A DNA stretch of 64,000 nt from Octopus sinensis (Eukaryota): the NCBI RefSeq assembly GCF_006345805.1, contig NC_042997.1:149792001-149856000 (forward strand), written 5' to 3'. The translations under genes were made by a program, and so were the position numbers. Shown here piece after piece: positions 11,561-24,015 of this stretch. The notes below the pieces were generated by a model. The model made no database searches. It was not told where the DNA came from and saw nothing but the letters and a program-made list of their open reading frames with translations. Within the stretch, counting starts at the first letter, position 1, and every line of letters begins with the position of its first letter.

Positions 11561-12734
11561 CCTCCATCGAGTTTGGTAATTGGAAAAGAAGCAACTTCTT
11601 TTAGGTGTTAGCAATATGTGTGTGCGCGCGTGTGTTTGTGTGTGTGTGTGTGTGCGTGTGTGTGCGTGTGTGTGCGAGCATGCTCTTCTCTGTGCATGTG
11701 TATGTACTTCTATTTTGTTTATTACTATTGTTGTATGCATTTCTGCCATGAAGCTGCGGTAATTGCATACCTCCGTTGATTATATATATATATAAATATA
11801 CGCACACATATGGAGAAACAGAAGTGATTAACAGATTGATAGCTACACTTGTATGTGTGTGTATATATGTATATATATGTATGTATATATATGTATATAT
11901 ATATGTATATATATGTATGTATATATATATGTGTATATATATATATACATATATATATATATAGACAAACAGATAGATAGATAAATATACATATCTATAT
12001 ATGTATATATATATATATATATGTGTGTGTGTTTGCCTATGCGTATGTGTGAAGAAAAGAGTGTAAGAACTAGGAAGCCAAAATAGACAAGACAAAAAAT
12101 AGGCAAAACAAAAACAAAAAATGAAAAAAAGAAAAACCTAGAAAAATGTGTGCAAAGTACAGGAATTCAAAGCATGACATACTGGGATGGGGGAGCGATA
12201 AGAATTATGACCTCTCACATCGTTTGATCTATAAAGACCGGTTCTTTACACCATTTAATATCTCGTCAACTCTCCTCGGGGACTTTTCAAAGTAGCACGA
12301 CGATGGTTTTTCTCTTAGAACACTTTGTATATTTAACAGAGTGCATAGGTAACTTAAGCATAAAAATTATAAACTTATAACACATGAGGAATGATATTAA
12401 ATGTCCGCTCATGGTCTATTCCTATGTGTTCTTAAGGTTTCTTCGCGTTATTAAAGTTAGGAAATGTGGGCGCCACAACGATTTTTTTCCCGGTTGAATG
12501 TACTTTTGATTTAATGTGTGTACGCTGCTAATTCTGTTGTGTACACCATAAATATTTTGTGAAAGCAATCATAATTATACGGGAGAAATATAATTCTTCG
12601 CTACGGAAATATATGTGTGACTTTTGATACTGTTTTGTATCTGTCAATTTGATTATTAAAATGTTTCGCTTTATTGCCACCCCACTTTTTCATGTTATAT
12701 ATATTCATGCAAATGTTTACAATAATGCGTTTAC

Positions 12735-12788
<54 letters not shown>

Positions 12789-12811
12789 TTGTCTCTCTCT
12801 CTCTCTCTCTC

Positions 12812-12852
<41 letters not shown>

Positions 12853-12921
12853 AATCTCTATCTATCTACTATCTAGCTATTTATTTTATCTGTTTATCTA
12901 TCTATTTGTCTAACTACATAT

Positions 12922-12955
<34 letters not shown>

Positions 12956-13047
12956 CCTCATATAAAATAGTGTACATTATATTTATATATATATATCTAT
13001 TTATATACTTATCTCTCTGTCTATATATTATCTATCTATATATTATC

Positions 13048-13108
<61 letters not shown>

Positions 13109-14982
13109 CAACACATGCGCATACACGTGCACTAATATATTTATTTGTAGTTATAAATGCATCCGTGCAAATGCGTTTGTGTTTATAAAAGCATGTATGT
13201 GCTTTGCTTTTCCCGTTAACTGACAGGAAGAAAAACGTTTAATGGATTTTCCTAAACGCAGAGACACACATGATCTGTCACCATCACAAACAAACATTAC
13301 AAACACACTAATGAAGAAATACGAAAACATACATATACAGTAATATGACATGTTGGCGCCACTTCACATGATACAATAAGCAAAACTTGTGGGCTGCAAA
13401 AGTCTATCTCATTGGAGATGTTCGCAGATGTGCAGTGAAAATGATCATAAAGTGAACACTGAAAGAAAGAATATGATACGTTAGAGCGCATGTTATTTAA
13501 TATGACATTACTTCAAATTATCGCATACTTTACGCAACACAGATGCACCTACATAGTCACTCATATAAGAACAAACCTCTATCCGACAAAGATACACATG
13601 GTTTAGAAAATTGTCAGTAGAAAGAAGGCATAATATTGTGGTAGGAAGTAAAGTTCCCAACATTTCGGAGAGAAAACATGCGTCGTGCGTTCAAAGTATG
13701 AACTCGGGATGCATACGTGTCAGAATTCAACGAATGTTGTCAGAATTTCAGAAATGCTATTGACAGCGTGTTGATCAGCTTCACCAGTGTATCTATCATT
13801 CTAAAACCGAGTTGCCGATTTTGTCGTATGGGGTATCAAAAGATTCAGTAGGCTTTTGGCTACCAACTAAACAATATTTTTATTCACATATTTGCATTAC
13901 AAAAACTTAACATTGTTATTTTCTTTTAGTCACCTATCGCAAACGACATTTTATATCACCACCGTAACGACAATGACGTCACATTTTCTATATGAGTGTG
14001 TTCACGCATTCCTTACCTACGTTAGGCTGATCACTGACAAGTATATGTGTGTGACTGTGTATTTATCTGTCAGTGTACATATATTTGTGACGATCGACAC
14101 ACACAACGACAGAGAAAGGCTTCAGGTGTGCGTTAATATGTGTGTGTGTCTTAATTTATATAAGCAAATTTTTCCCGCCCAAGAGTGAAACGCCCTGAAA
14201 CGAACAACAGCCTTCACTTTGAAGTACTACCAACATGAAGATTTGGCTGATTTAACACCACTCACATTACTCACTAACATATCTGAAAAAAATGTTATTA
14301 TGGTTGTTATAACAAATTCGGAAACTTGTCGAAGTAGAAAGCCTCACCGGCTCTTTCAGTATAATTACAGAAATATTATTCCATTCCTTCAAACCAGTTT
14401 CACGGTAATTTTTTTTAACAGTCCTTGTATTCTTCCTCCCTGTGAATATCGACATCGTACAACCTGTTTACTGCGTCGTCAGCATTTGTTCTACAGCCTA
14501 TAAGGTTACACAGTTAAAAAATATGCATTAATGTCAAATGCATTTATATCTTGCTACATACATCCTTCAGCTAATATTCTAAATTAACGGTACAACAGCG
14601 TCTTCCTTTCTTATACACTTGCTTCAGCGTTCGTTTCAAAATTGTAAAATGATTAATTTTGTAAGAAAACTTTTGTATGAAACATTTTCTTCGACTGTTA
14701 CTTTCTTCACCGAGATATCAATCGTGAATTTTATAACATTTAGTACATGTTCCAAATAGCTAGGTTGGGCTGTACAATTTTCAGGTGATATTCATACAAT
14801 ATTTTGATCTGCTTCCAATGTTACACTTTCATTCGATAGTTCACGCATACGTAGGATTCTACTGAGACGAACATTTAGGAAAATGCACACATAAATATTG
14901 TATTAAAATAAGCCACAACCAAAAAAAAATTGCATTAAAGATATTTAAGAATTAAAGTCACACACACACACGCACACACCCA

Positions 14983-15032
<50 letters not shown>

Positions 15033-15774
15033 CTCATGCACAGAAAATATATATGCGAACGTATTTATGGGCGAATGTAAAGAATACGCACTCCCGGTGT
15101 TTAGGGTTACGGTTACGCCGAAAACTGGTGGTGTGCGTATTCTTTACCTCCGCTCTATACGTGTATATGAAAGATAATGTGTGTGTGTATGCGTGTGTGA
15201 GAGAAAGAGAGAGAAAACGAGTGAGTGCCACTTATACATGCAAAAAGATTTATACATCACAACACACACCTTCATTCAATCACTCTCATTCTCTCTCCCT
15301 CTCTCACACACAAACACACAAGTTCATTTCATATATACGTATATTTACCACTTTCTCCTCTCTTTTACTTTCTCCTCTCGCTTCAAAGCGAATGTTGCCT
15401 TTTCACTTTATTCTCTATTTCAATTTCTGCTCTTTTTCAAAATATACAGAAATTAAAAGAATTTTACAGAAATTAACGAACAATCATATGATTGCATATA
15501 TGTCAAGTTAACAACTTTGCTTCTTCAAACGAAATAACTTCCTTTGACATACATACACACACTCTGTGCACTGTGCAGGCGCAGTTTTACAGCTTAAATC
15601 CAATTGAAATGATCTTTTTCTATTGTGTAATTTGTGCTTATGATCAGTGAATTTAAAAATCTGATCTTCGATATAAACTTAAAAGGAAGATTTCCCCCAA
15701 ATCCTGTCCTTTATCTCTTCTCTCTAGCATGTTTGCTGTGACATTCCGTCCCACTTATTTATTTCCTAAATAAA

Positions 15775-15900
15775 TAAATTTCCGTCTACCAAATTCACTC
15801 TCAAGTCTTTAGTAGAGAGGCACTTACGAAGGTGCCACGCAGTGGACTGAAATTGGAACCATGTGGTGGGAAACAAGCTACATACCACACCACCACCCAT
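15775..15900 (-). mobile_element. tRNA-derived SINE 5' fragment (same family as 53822-54271)
   Basis: Shares TCCGTCTACCAAAT.CACTC and GGAACCATGTGGT.GG.AA.CAAGCTAC.TACCAC with the 54.1-54.27 kb copy. Confidence 0.7.
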
Positions 15901-15914
15901 ATATATATATATAT

Positions 15915-15958
<44 letters not shown>

Positions 15959-16109
15959 CACCTTATATATATATACCCTCCTTCTTCCCTTCTCTTGAGC
16001 GTCCAATGATACTTAATTTGTTCCACGTCCTCGCGTTGTTGTGTTTTTTTTGTGTTTCTTGTTTGGATTAACTTATATTTATATATATATATATATATAT
16101 ATAAAGTTA

Positions 16110-16165
<56 letters not shown>

Positions 16166-16167
16166 TA

Positions 16168-16202
<35 letters not shown>

Positions 16203-16231
16203 CGGGGGGAGTGTGATTGTGTATGAAGAAT

Positions 16232-16614
16232 ATATTAATAAAAGGAATTCCAACCTTGTCTGATTTTCACGTTATTTACAATCTTATAATAATTTGAGAT
16301 ATATAATATAATATAATAAATAAAATAAAATAATAGAATGTTAAATGTTCATTCTAATTGAACTAGTACTTTCATGCATTAAATTCTTTCATAATTTTTC
16401 ACTGTGTCAAAACTTGTGAAGCATGACTGTCATCACTACTACATGAACCTGAAGATTGCAGAATTTAATGCATGAAAGTACTAGTTCAATCAGAATGAAC
16501 ATTTAACATTCTATTATTTTATTTTGTTTTATTATATTATATTATATTATATCATTATAAGATTGTAAATAAAACGTGAAAATCAGACAGGGTTGGAATT
16601 CCTTTTATTAATAT
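16232..16614. repeat. Foldback / long inverted repeat, arms about 155 bp, 72-bp spacer
   Basis: 16232-16387 is nearly the exact reverse complement of 16460-16614 (ATATTAATAAAAGGAATTCCAACC...GAACTAGTACTTTCATGCATTAAATTCT). Confidence 0.9.
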
Positions 16615-16709
16615 TTATACATACATATATATACACACAAACACATATATATATATAAACATATATACACGCATATATATATATGTCTATATATATTAGG
16701 GTGTGTGTA

Positions 16710-16771
<62 letters not shown>

Positions 16772-17927
16772 ATATATATATATATATTATATATATAATA
16801 TATATTATTAGTAGATAAAAAGTGGGAGATACTTTTTAGGAATTGAGATGTTATGAAAGTAAAATGTTTAGGTATAAAAATGTTTTAAAATACTATACGA
16901 AGCAAAGTGAAAGTGAACTGTATGAAAAACAGAGTAGGAAGAAAAATTAATGGGGCTAGTGGCATGAATTTTAATTGCTTAGTTAGATACGTGGAATGGT
17001 GTATGCAACCAATTCCTAATGCAATAAATATCGTAGAAACTCGACAAGCAGCCTCAATAATAATTAGTTTCGGAAAATATTCAGTTTTTGAAGTTTAGTC
17101 ATAAAAAGTCATCCTTGTTAACTATGTTATGTTTCGCTATTATTAAACTTCATTTGCAAAGTAAAGTTAATTAACCTCGCTGGTTGAATTGTCAGTTGGC
17201 CGGTGTTCTTTTTTATTTTTTCCTTTTTTTTATATTCGTTGAAAGAATGATATGTGTATTTTTGGTCAAGTTTATTTGCATAATCTTCGATTTAGCTAAG
17301 CGAAATAGTTCATATGAGTCAACGATATAAACTTAGATCTTTCGCTGACGTAGTCGTGCTTTGAATTATGTATGCAAACAAATATTCATTGCGTACATAA
17401 ATTTCATTCTTGGTTGTCGAAAGAATACTAAAATCTAGCGGCAGTCGATCGTTACAACCAAAAAAATAATTTCAGATGAATTTCAGAACTAATTTAAATT
17501 TTTATATGTATGGGAAAATTTGATATGTGTTACCTGGAAAGCTGCCAGCATAAGGGGAGGTTTCGATTTTGCTAGATATCATGAACATTGCTTCCTCCTC
17601 ACAAGTACGAAAATTTCGATTTTCTTTTAAAATATTTTTACACTTATACTTGTTTCAATCATTGGATTGCAACCATGTGGGGGCATCACAATTAAATGTT
17701 AGTCCTTGAATCGACCTCTGAGAATTTTGGCAGTCTGGTACGTTATTGTAAGGTTATATTTGGCTTAACCGCTCAATTACTAGGTCATAAACGAACCAAT
17801 AACGTTTACTAAGTGGTTGAAGGAAAATTAGAAAGAAAGAAACGAACACGCACAAGAGCATACTAACGCATACACACACTGGTTTACATGTTACCAGTAG
17901 CGTTCGAGAGAAGCCTAACATACATGC

Positions 17928-17985
<58 letters not shown>

Positions 17986-17987
<2 letters not shown>

Positions 17988-18290
17988 AGGCGCAATGGCC
18001 CAGTGGTTAGGGCAGCGGACTCGCGGTCGTAGGACGCGGGTTCGATTCCCAGACCAGATGTTGTGTGTGTTTATTGAGCGAAAACACCTTAAAAGCTCCA
18101 CGAGGCTCCGACAGGGGGTGGTGATCCCTGCTGTACTCTTTCACCACTCTTTCTCTCACTCTTTCATCTGTTGGTTTGCTCGCTTAGCCAGCGGGGTGGC
18201 GTCATTCAAAGGCTAAAACAATGCGAACGCATTGTGACCAGCGATGTGTAGCAACATCTGATGGTCTGGTCGGTTACATGATCAAGTGAT
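17986..18290 (+). mobile_element. Near-complete tRNA-derived SINE
   Basis: A box TGGCCCAGTGGTT (17996-18008), B box GGTTCGATTCCC (18039-18050), then a non-tRNA body ending GATGTGTAGCAACATCTGATGGTCTGGTCGGTTACATGATCAAGTGA. Confidence 0.85.
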
Positions 18291-19086
18291 ATATATATAT
18301 GTATATACATACATACAAACATGTGTGTGTGAGTGCGTGTACATGCAGGACGTTAATTCGTGAATGACTAAGACCACTTCCTAAACTCTAACTCGATGCG
18401 AACATTCTGAGAGTCCAAGAAATTCTCGTGCGTGCATAAGTTTTGAATGGATAAGATAATACGCTACTTTTAATTCAGTTTTCAGTGCAATAAGCTTAGG
18501 ACCAATGGCAAAGTAGAGGTTCATACGACCAAATTCACATCGTATTTTTGTCTATTTTTTGTTTACATATATAGATACATATTACATGTATATATGTATT
18601 TATGTCTCGTCGCTGAACTGTGCTAGCTATTGTAACTTGTAAGTCGATGCAGCACATAAGGTGCTGGTCGTTGATGTCTAAACCGATTCTCTTATCTGGT
18701 GAAACAGACACGTAGTAACCAAGTACGCCCCAAATACAATACCTCTGAAAAATGACGAATGAATACAAAGGGAACTGAATGTGATCTAGTAATTCTACAG
18801 AGCTGCAGAACGATTGTGCCGCAAGATCACACCTTATAATATATAAATATATATATATTGATAAAAATGGCAAGACAACAAAAGAAAGAAAGAGACCTTG
18901 ATATTATAATTGTCACATATTACATTTACAGATATATATATATATATCGTAATTTATATCTATAATTCTATTGGATTCTCTCCGATACACTAACTTTGAA
19001 TATTATCTTTTTCAAGTCTGAAAGGTTATGGTAACCCAATCGTGTAGTGTAGATAAACTTATGCCTGTGTGCATGTTTGTGTAGGA

Positions 19087-19164
<78 letters not shown>

Positions 19165-19190
19165 TATATATATATAAATATAAATATATA

Positions 19191-19229
<39 letters not shown>

Positions 19230-19510
19230 CGATGTGTGCTATAATTGCTGTCTTTTTCTCAAAATTTGAAATCAGCGTTTGATAGCGAATTGAACAAGAG
19301 TAAACCTAAGAGTTAAATTCATTTTGTGTCGTCTATGTTTGTATTCTCAATGAAATTCGTGCCGTCTCCTGATATAACTTTTACTTGACAGTGAATTAAA
19401 TTAAGAATTAAATTAAGAGTTTTCTACTGGTGTTTACATACGAAAGCAAGTAGAAAGCCCCATAATTAGAACGAGGTGTGAAGCTAGTAAAATACAGGTG
19501 TTGTAAGCAT

Positions 19511-19531
19511 TTCTTTTCTTTTCAGGTAAGT
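19511..19531 (+). promoter_or_regulatory. Juxtaposed 3'/5' splice-site motif (candidate recursive splice site)
   Basis: TTCTTTTCTTTTCAG|GTAAGT: an uninterrupted pyrimidine tract plus CAG directly abutting a consensus donor. Confidence 0.45.
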
Positions 19532-20074
19532 ATTTATTTTATTGGCGGCAGAAAACTTTAAAAGTGTTCAGTGATCCGCAAGCAAATTCAAGGGTAGATG
19601 CAGAATGCTAGCAACTGGAGATACATAACGAAGTAAGGAATATAAAGAAAGCTATTTACAGCTTCATGCCATTGTGATATTGCTGATATTTCTGGGTTCT
19701 GTGCGTCAACACTCACCAAACACCGGGAGACAGAGATTGATATTTCTTAACTTTGTGTTATGAGCTTCTCTGTCAATTCTTGTGAAAATCGTTTCATAAA
19801 ACAAAGACGGTATCGAAGTTATCTTGCAAACACGGATGTCACAGTAGAGGGACTTTTGTGATGTGCAAAGCATTTATCGACAGCAATTCATTAACCTAAA
19901 CTCCTAAACAACATCAAATAGATATACATATATCGTCCAAAGAAAAAGCTTCCTTTCGGATCTCTCTCAAAACATATGGGATATTACCTTGCATCATTTT
20001 GTGGAGGATCATGATAGATTCTTCATCGAGTCGAGCGTATTCAATGCCAAAATTAGGGCCTGATAAAAGGCGAT

Positions 20075-20254
20075 GAGCTGGCAGAATAGATCGCATGCCG
20101 CGCTTGATGCTTAGCGGTATTTCGTCCGTCTTAACGTCATGAATTCAAATTCCTCCGCGGTTGACTTTGCTTTTTATCCTTTTGGCGTCCATAAAATAAG
20201 TACTAATTGAGAGCTGGAGGTCAATGTGCTGGCCTTGTGCCAAAAATTGAAACC
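20075..20254 (+). mobile_element. SINE family A copy
   Basis: GAGCTGGCAGAAT head, GCTTAGCGGTATTTCGTCCGTC, tail CCTTGTGCCAAAAATTGAAACC. Confidence 0.8.
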
Positions 20255-20976
20255 AATATTACGGGCTGATGTGAATATGTTTAAAAACTCTCAAATGAGA
20301 TAAATTTTTCGTAAATGTTAAAATATATTTGTTACCATTAAATAAGTATCATTTCAGAAATAATCACGTACGAGATTGAAGAACTGATAGGATCAGAAAA
20401 CGAGTGAATATGAACATTCGGTATGAAAATGTGTGACATCTTTAAATGCTCATAAGCATACGAGACGGTAGATTGTTTTGCTCCTTATTGCGGTTGCTAA
20501 AGTGTCATGCTGGTAAAGGATTGCTACTGTTATTGCAGTTGTTGATAGGAGATAAGTAAGTGTTCTTGCAAACAGAAGTGTTGTTTTGTTGACTATAAAA
20601 TTTCAATTTCAGTGATTTCTAATTAACTGGAAACATCTGCAATGAAGGAAAAAACCCGCTAAGATTAGAGAAGAGAACAAATATGCTAAAAAATCTATAC
20701 GACAAAAGTAGTATCAACAACAAATAGCACAACATCAGCAACGCCAAGACTTGGGATTAGAGGTCACACGTTTTCCCACATAGTAACATACTATCTCTAA
20801 CAGAGTTCGAGAAAAAAATAATTCCAAATTACACATTCGAAATAGTAGCTTGAAAGGAAACATCTGCTTGCAAATAAACGAACAAAACAAATGTAAAGAT
20901 ATTGAAGTGAGATACACAATGGAGGAATGATAATGTCATTAATCGTTAATTGCATTTTTAGTTATTATTTTCTATC

Positions 20977-21046
<70 letters not shown>

Positions 21047-21070
21047 TATTATTATTATTATTATTATTAT

Positions 21071-21138
21071 GTCAATTAGCATCATCTTTCTATTCTGTTT
21101 CCATTTCTTGCCGAGTGTCTTCCTGACACCAAGGGCAG
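21071..21138 (-). mobile_element. Extreme 3' end of Dong-type family 1 inside a (TAA)n tract
   Basis: Reverse complement TCTGCCCTTGGTGTCAGGAAGACACTCGGCAAGAAATGGAAAC matches about 601-650. TAA-type runs lie on both sides (about 20985-21070 and 21140-21159). Confidence 0.8.
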
Positions 21139-21538
21139 ATTACTATTATTATTATTATTGTTGTTGTTGTTGTTGTTGTTGTTTCTGATGTTGTTTTTTG
21201 TTGTTGTTGTTGTTTTCTCTCTATCACAGATTTTGTTGGAACTCCAGGAGTTTGCATGCGGTGCGGGCTTACTGCTTGCTGAGCATCAAGTTTGATATAA
21301 TTGACTAGAAACCCCGGAAAACATCTTGTGCCTGTAGTAAAAAGTATTAATATTGTTGTTCTAATGTTTATGTAGTTCTATATTTGTTATTGTGTGGTTG
21401 AACCACTCTAAGGAGCACAGCTACGAAGGATTTTGAAAATATGCAATAACCTTTTATTTTGTGATTTATTGAATTGATTTTGCTCCACGAAATATAGGTG
21501 CACTTCCTAGCTGTGATATTTTCTGTAATTTGAATATA

Positions 21539-22146
21539 TGTGGTCTGATCAATAAGTAGCCAGACTGTTGCTATAGTAACGAAGCTAAAGCATGCTAAGG
21601 GTTGACCTTGAACTCTGCTATGCACGTGCACTAACATTTAACGTTCTATCTTACACCTGTCGTTTACAGCAGTGCTTGGAAGGAAGATGTATAGCGTGTG
21701 ATCGTCGCATTGAACGTGAGAGAGAAAGTTGAGCAGAGATCTGCATCAAATTTTGTCAAAAGCTTGGTGATACCTGCTCAGAGACCTACGCAAAGTTTAC
21801 AAAAAGTTTACAATATTCTAGACAGAGTCAAGGAGATATTGTACAATTGAAACCCGAGTGTCTTTTTTGACCAGCTGAAATCAGTTTTGGTACAAGCTTG
21901 GCAGACACACGTCTCATACCCAAATCTTCAGTGATAATGGACTGAACAGAACAGTAACTAATCTGCACATCCTCTAATAACTCACGGATGGCGATTCGCC
22001 AATTTCCCCTCACGGCTGCACACACATCTGCAATGTTGTTCTCATTACTGCTGGTTGCATGCCTCCCAGTACGTTCGTCAATATCGACATTTTTTTCGGC
22101 TATCTTGAAAACGTCTGAACCACTCGTGCAGGCGACTTCACTCTGC
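21539..22146 (+). mobile_element. Mariner transposon 5' remnant with an internal inversion
   Basis: TIR-like GTGGTCTGATCAATAAGTAGCCAGACT at the 5' end. The + strand gives EKVEQR(I)CIKFCQKLGDTCSETYAK up to 21810. The - strand from about 22146 to 21811 gives HEWFRRFQDS...ERTGRHATSSNENNIADVCAAVRGNWRIAIRELLEDVQISYCSVQSIITEDLGMRRVSAKLVPKL. Confidence 0.85.
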
Positions 22147-22616
22147 GTACTTAAACTTCATGTCTATGGCAATAGTCCGGGTACTTATTTGCAATTACTG
22201 GCAACACATCTCCAATGTTTGTCTCTATTTCCAGCCACTTCCGCATTAGGAGTATTTCTTTATATTTGGATTTTCTCTACATGTTTCAACATGAGTTATA
22301 TTACCGCCTCTTAGTGTTGATATGTCGACGTTCATTTTCTCGAAGCTCCTTGGCTACAGTATGTATTGGATTAGGATTGATCTTCCAGAATATGACCATT
22401 TTATCCATTCTCTGAGTTATATTTTTTTTTCAGATACATACGCATCCTCTTTTCTAGGAGTGGTACAGTTTTATCGGAACGATGAAATGCAAAGTTGTCT
22501 GTGACAGGATTTGAATTTATCTACAGATAGTCGGTAGAAATACCACAAGGCATTCCATCCCAGACATTAACAACTGTGCCAATTCACCACCTCTTTTTGC
22601 CTTAAATTGTTTTATA

Positions 22617-22804
22617 TTTTGGCACAAGTCTAGCAATCGTATATGAGGGTAGTAAATGATATCGACCCTAGTTCTTGATTGGTATTTTATTTTATCGACC
22701 CCGAAAAAAAAAATGAAAGGTAAAGTTTTTTTTTTACGTTATTTCAATTCAGAAAGTAAAGTAACGTGCCGCAGGAAACGCCTCTGAAGATTCTGCAGCT
22801 CGCC
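22617..22804 (-). mobile_element. SINE family A copy, degenerate
   Basis: TTTTGGCACAAG...TTTTATCGACCCCGAAA...ATGAAAGGTAAAG on the + strand. Confidence 0.7.
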
Positions 22805-23419
22805 GTCTCTTTTACTTAATTAATGCAGTCATTATATTCAAATTAAGGAGCGTTCTAGAAACAGCGAAAGTTTACTAATGATAAATTTTTTTCAGTTTCG
22901 TTCAACATGCATCGACTATATCTAAATTTAGCCAATGCCTTAAATTATTGGCCAGGGCATTGTCAAATCAACATAGCAGAAAACCTTGTCACCCCACGAA
23001 AATCTGTTTATATTATCCGTAGAGAGAGCAAAGTGAATCTAACAAAGGTCCCTTTAATGTTTACAATAACTGAATAAACTAGTAATTAAACAGTTTACAA
23101 GTTCTATTAGTGTAATCTAAAGTTGTTATTGGTTACACTAAGAAAGGACCAAATAAACGAAATTGCTTACCGTCCATACGTTAAGTAGATATAGCTTTCT
23201 TTCTTAATTTTTCATTCGTTTTCTTCTCCATTATTTATTTATTTCTTTTACTGTAGTTTTGTTTTGTAGTCAGTCATATCAGTTTTGGCTTTATTTCACT
23301 ATCGGCGTAATTATGGAATGCACTGATATTTCTAGTTCACAAGTTAAACTAAAAACGTCGATACAACACAAGAGCCCCGAGGAAGATGAATTAAAAAATA
23401 GAAAAAAACACAAATCTCA

Positions 23420-23531
23420 GAAAATTATGTGATTTATACCATAGGGATGTGTGCATAAGTACATACGTGTGTATGTATATAATATATATATATATAGATA
23501 TATATATATACCTATATATATATATCTATAG

Positions 23532-23567
<36 letters not shown>

Positions 23568-23862
23568 ATATACAATATAGTATATATATATATATATATA
23601 CTATTTATATATATGACTGTGGGCGTGTGCGTGGTACACGCGTATGTATATATATTTATACACATGAGAGCACATAAGTGCAAAATAATATATAACATAT
23701 ATATATGTGTGTGTGTGTGTATAAATGCATACATGTCGTACTATATATATATATATATATATATATGACCTATGTATATATTATATATTATATATATGAT
23801 GTATATGTATATAATAGATATAGATATATGTATATATAGAATAGATATATATATATTTATAT

Positions 23863-23908
<46 letters not shown>

Positions 23909-23950
23909 TATATAATGATATATATATATATATATATTATATATCTATAT

Positions 23951-23995
<45 letters not shown>

Positions 23996-24015
23996 TCATA
24001 TATATATATATATCA
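23420..24015. repeat. About 600-bp degenerate (TA)n low-complexity tract
   Basis: Almost entirely A/T alternation with interruptions. Confidence 0.9.

Noticed and set aside
17986-18060. tRNA gene
   Set aside because: A and B boxes are present, but there is no proper acceptor stem and it continues into a SINE body.
18600-18770. Strong minus-strand acceptor at 18745 with open frames (RYCIWGVLGYY..., GIVFGAYLV...)
   Set aside because: No good donor pairs with it and neither peptide is recognisable.
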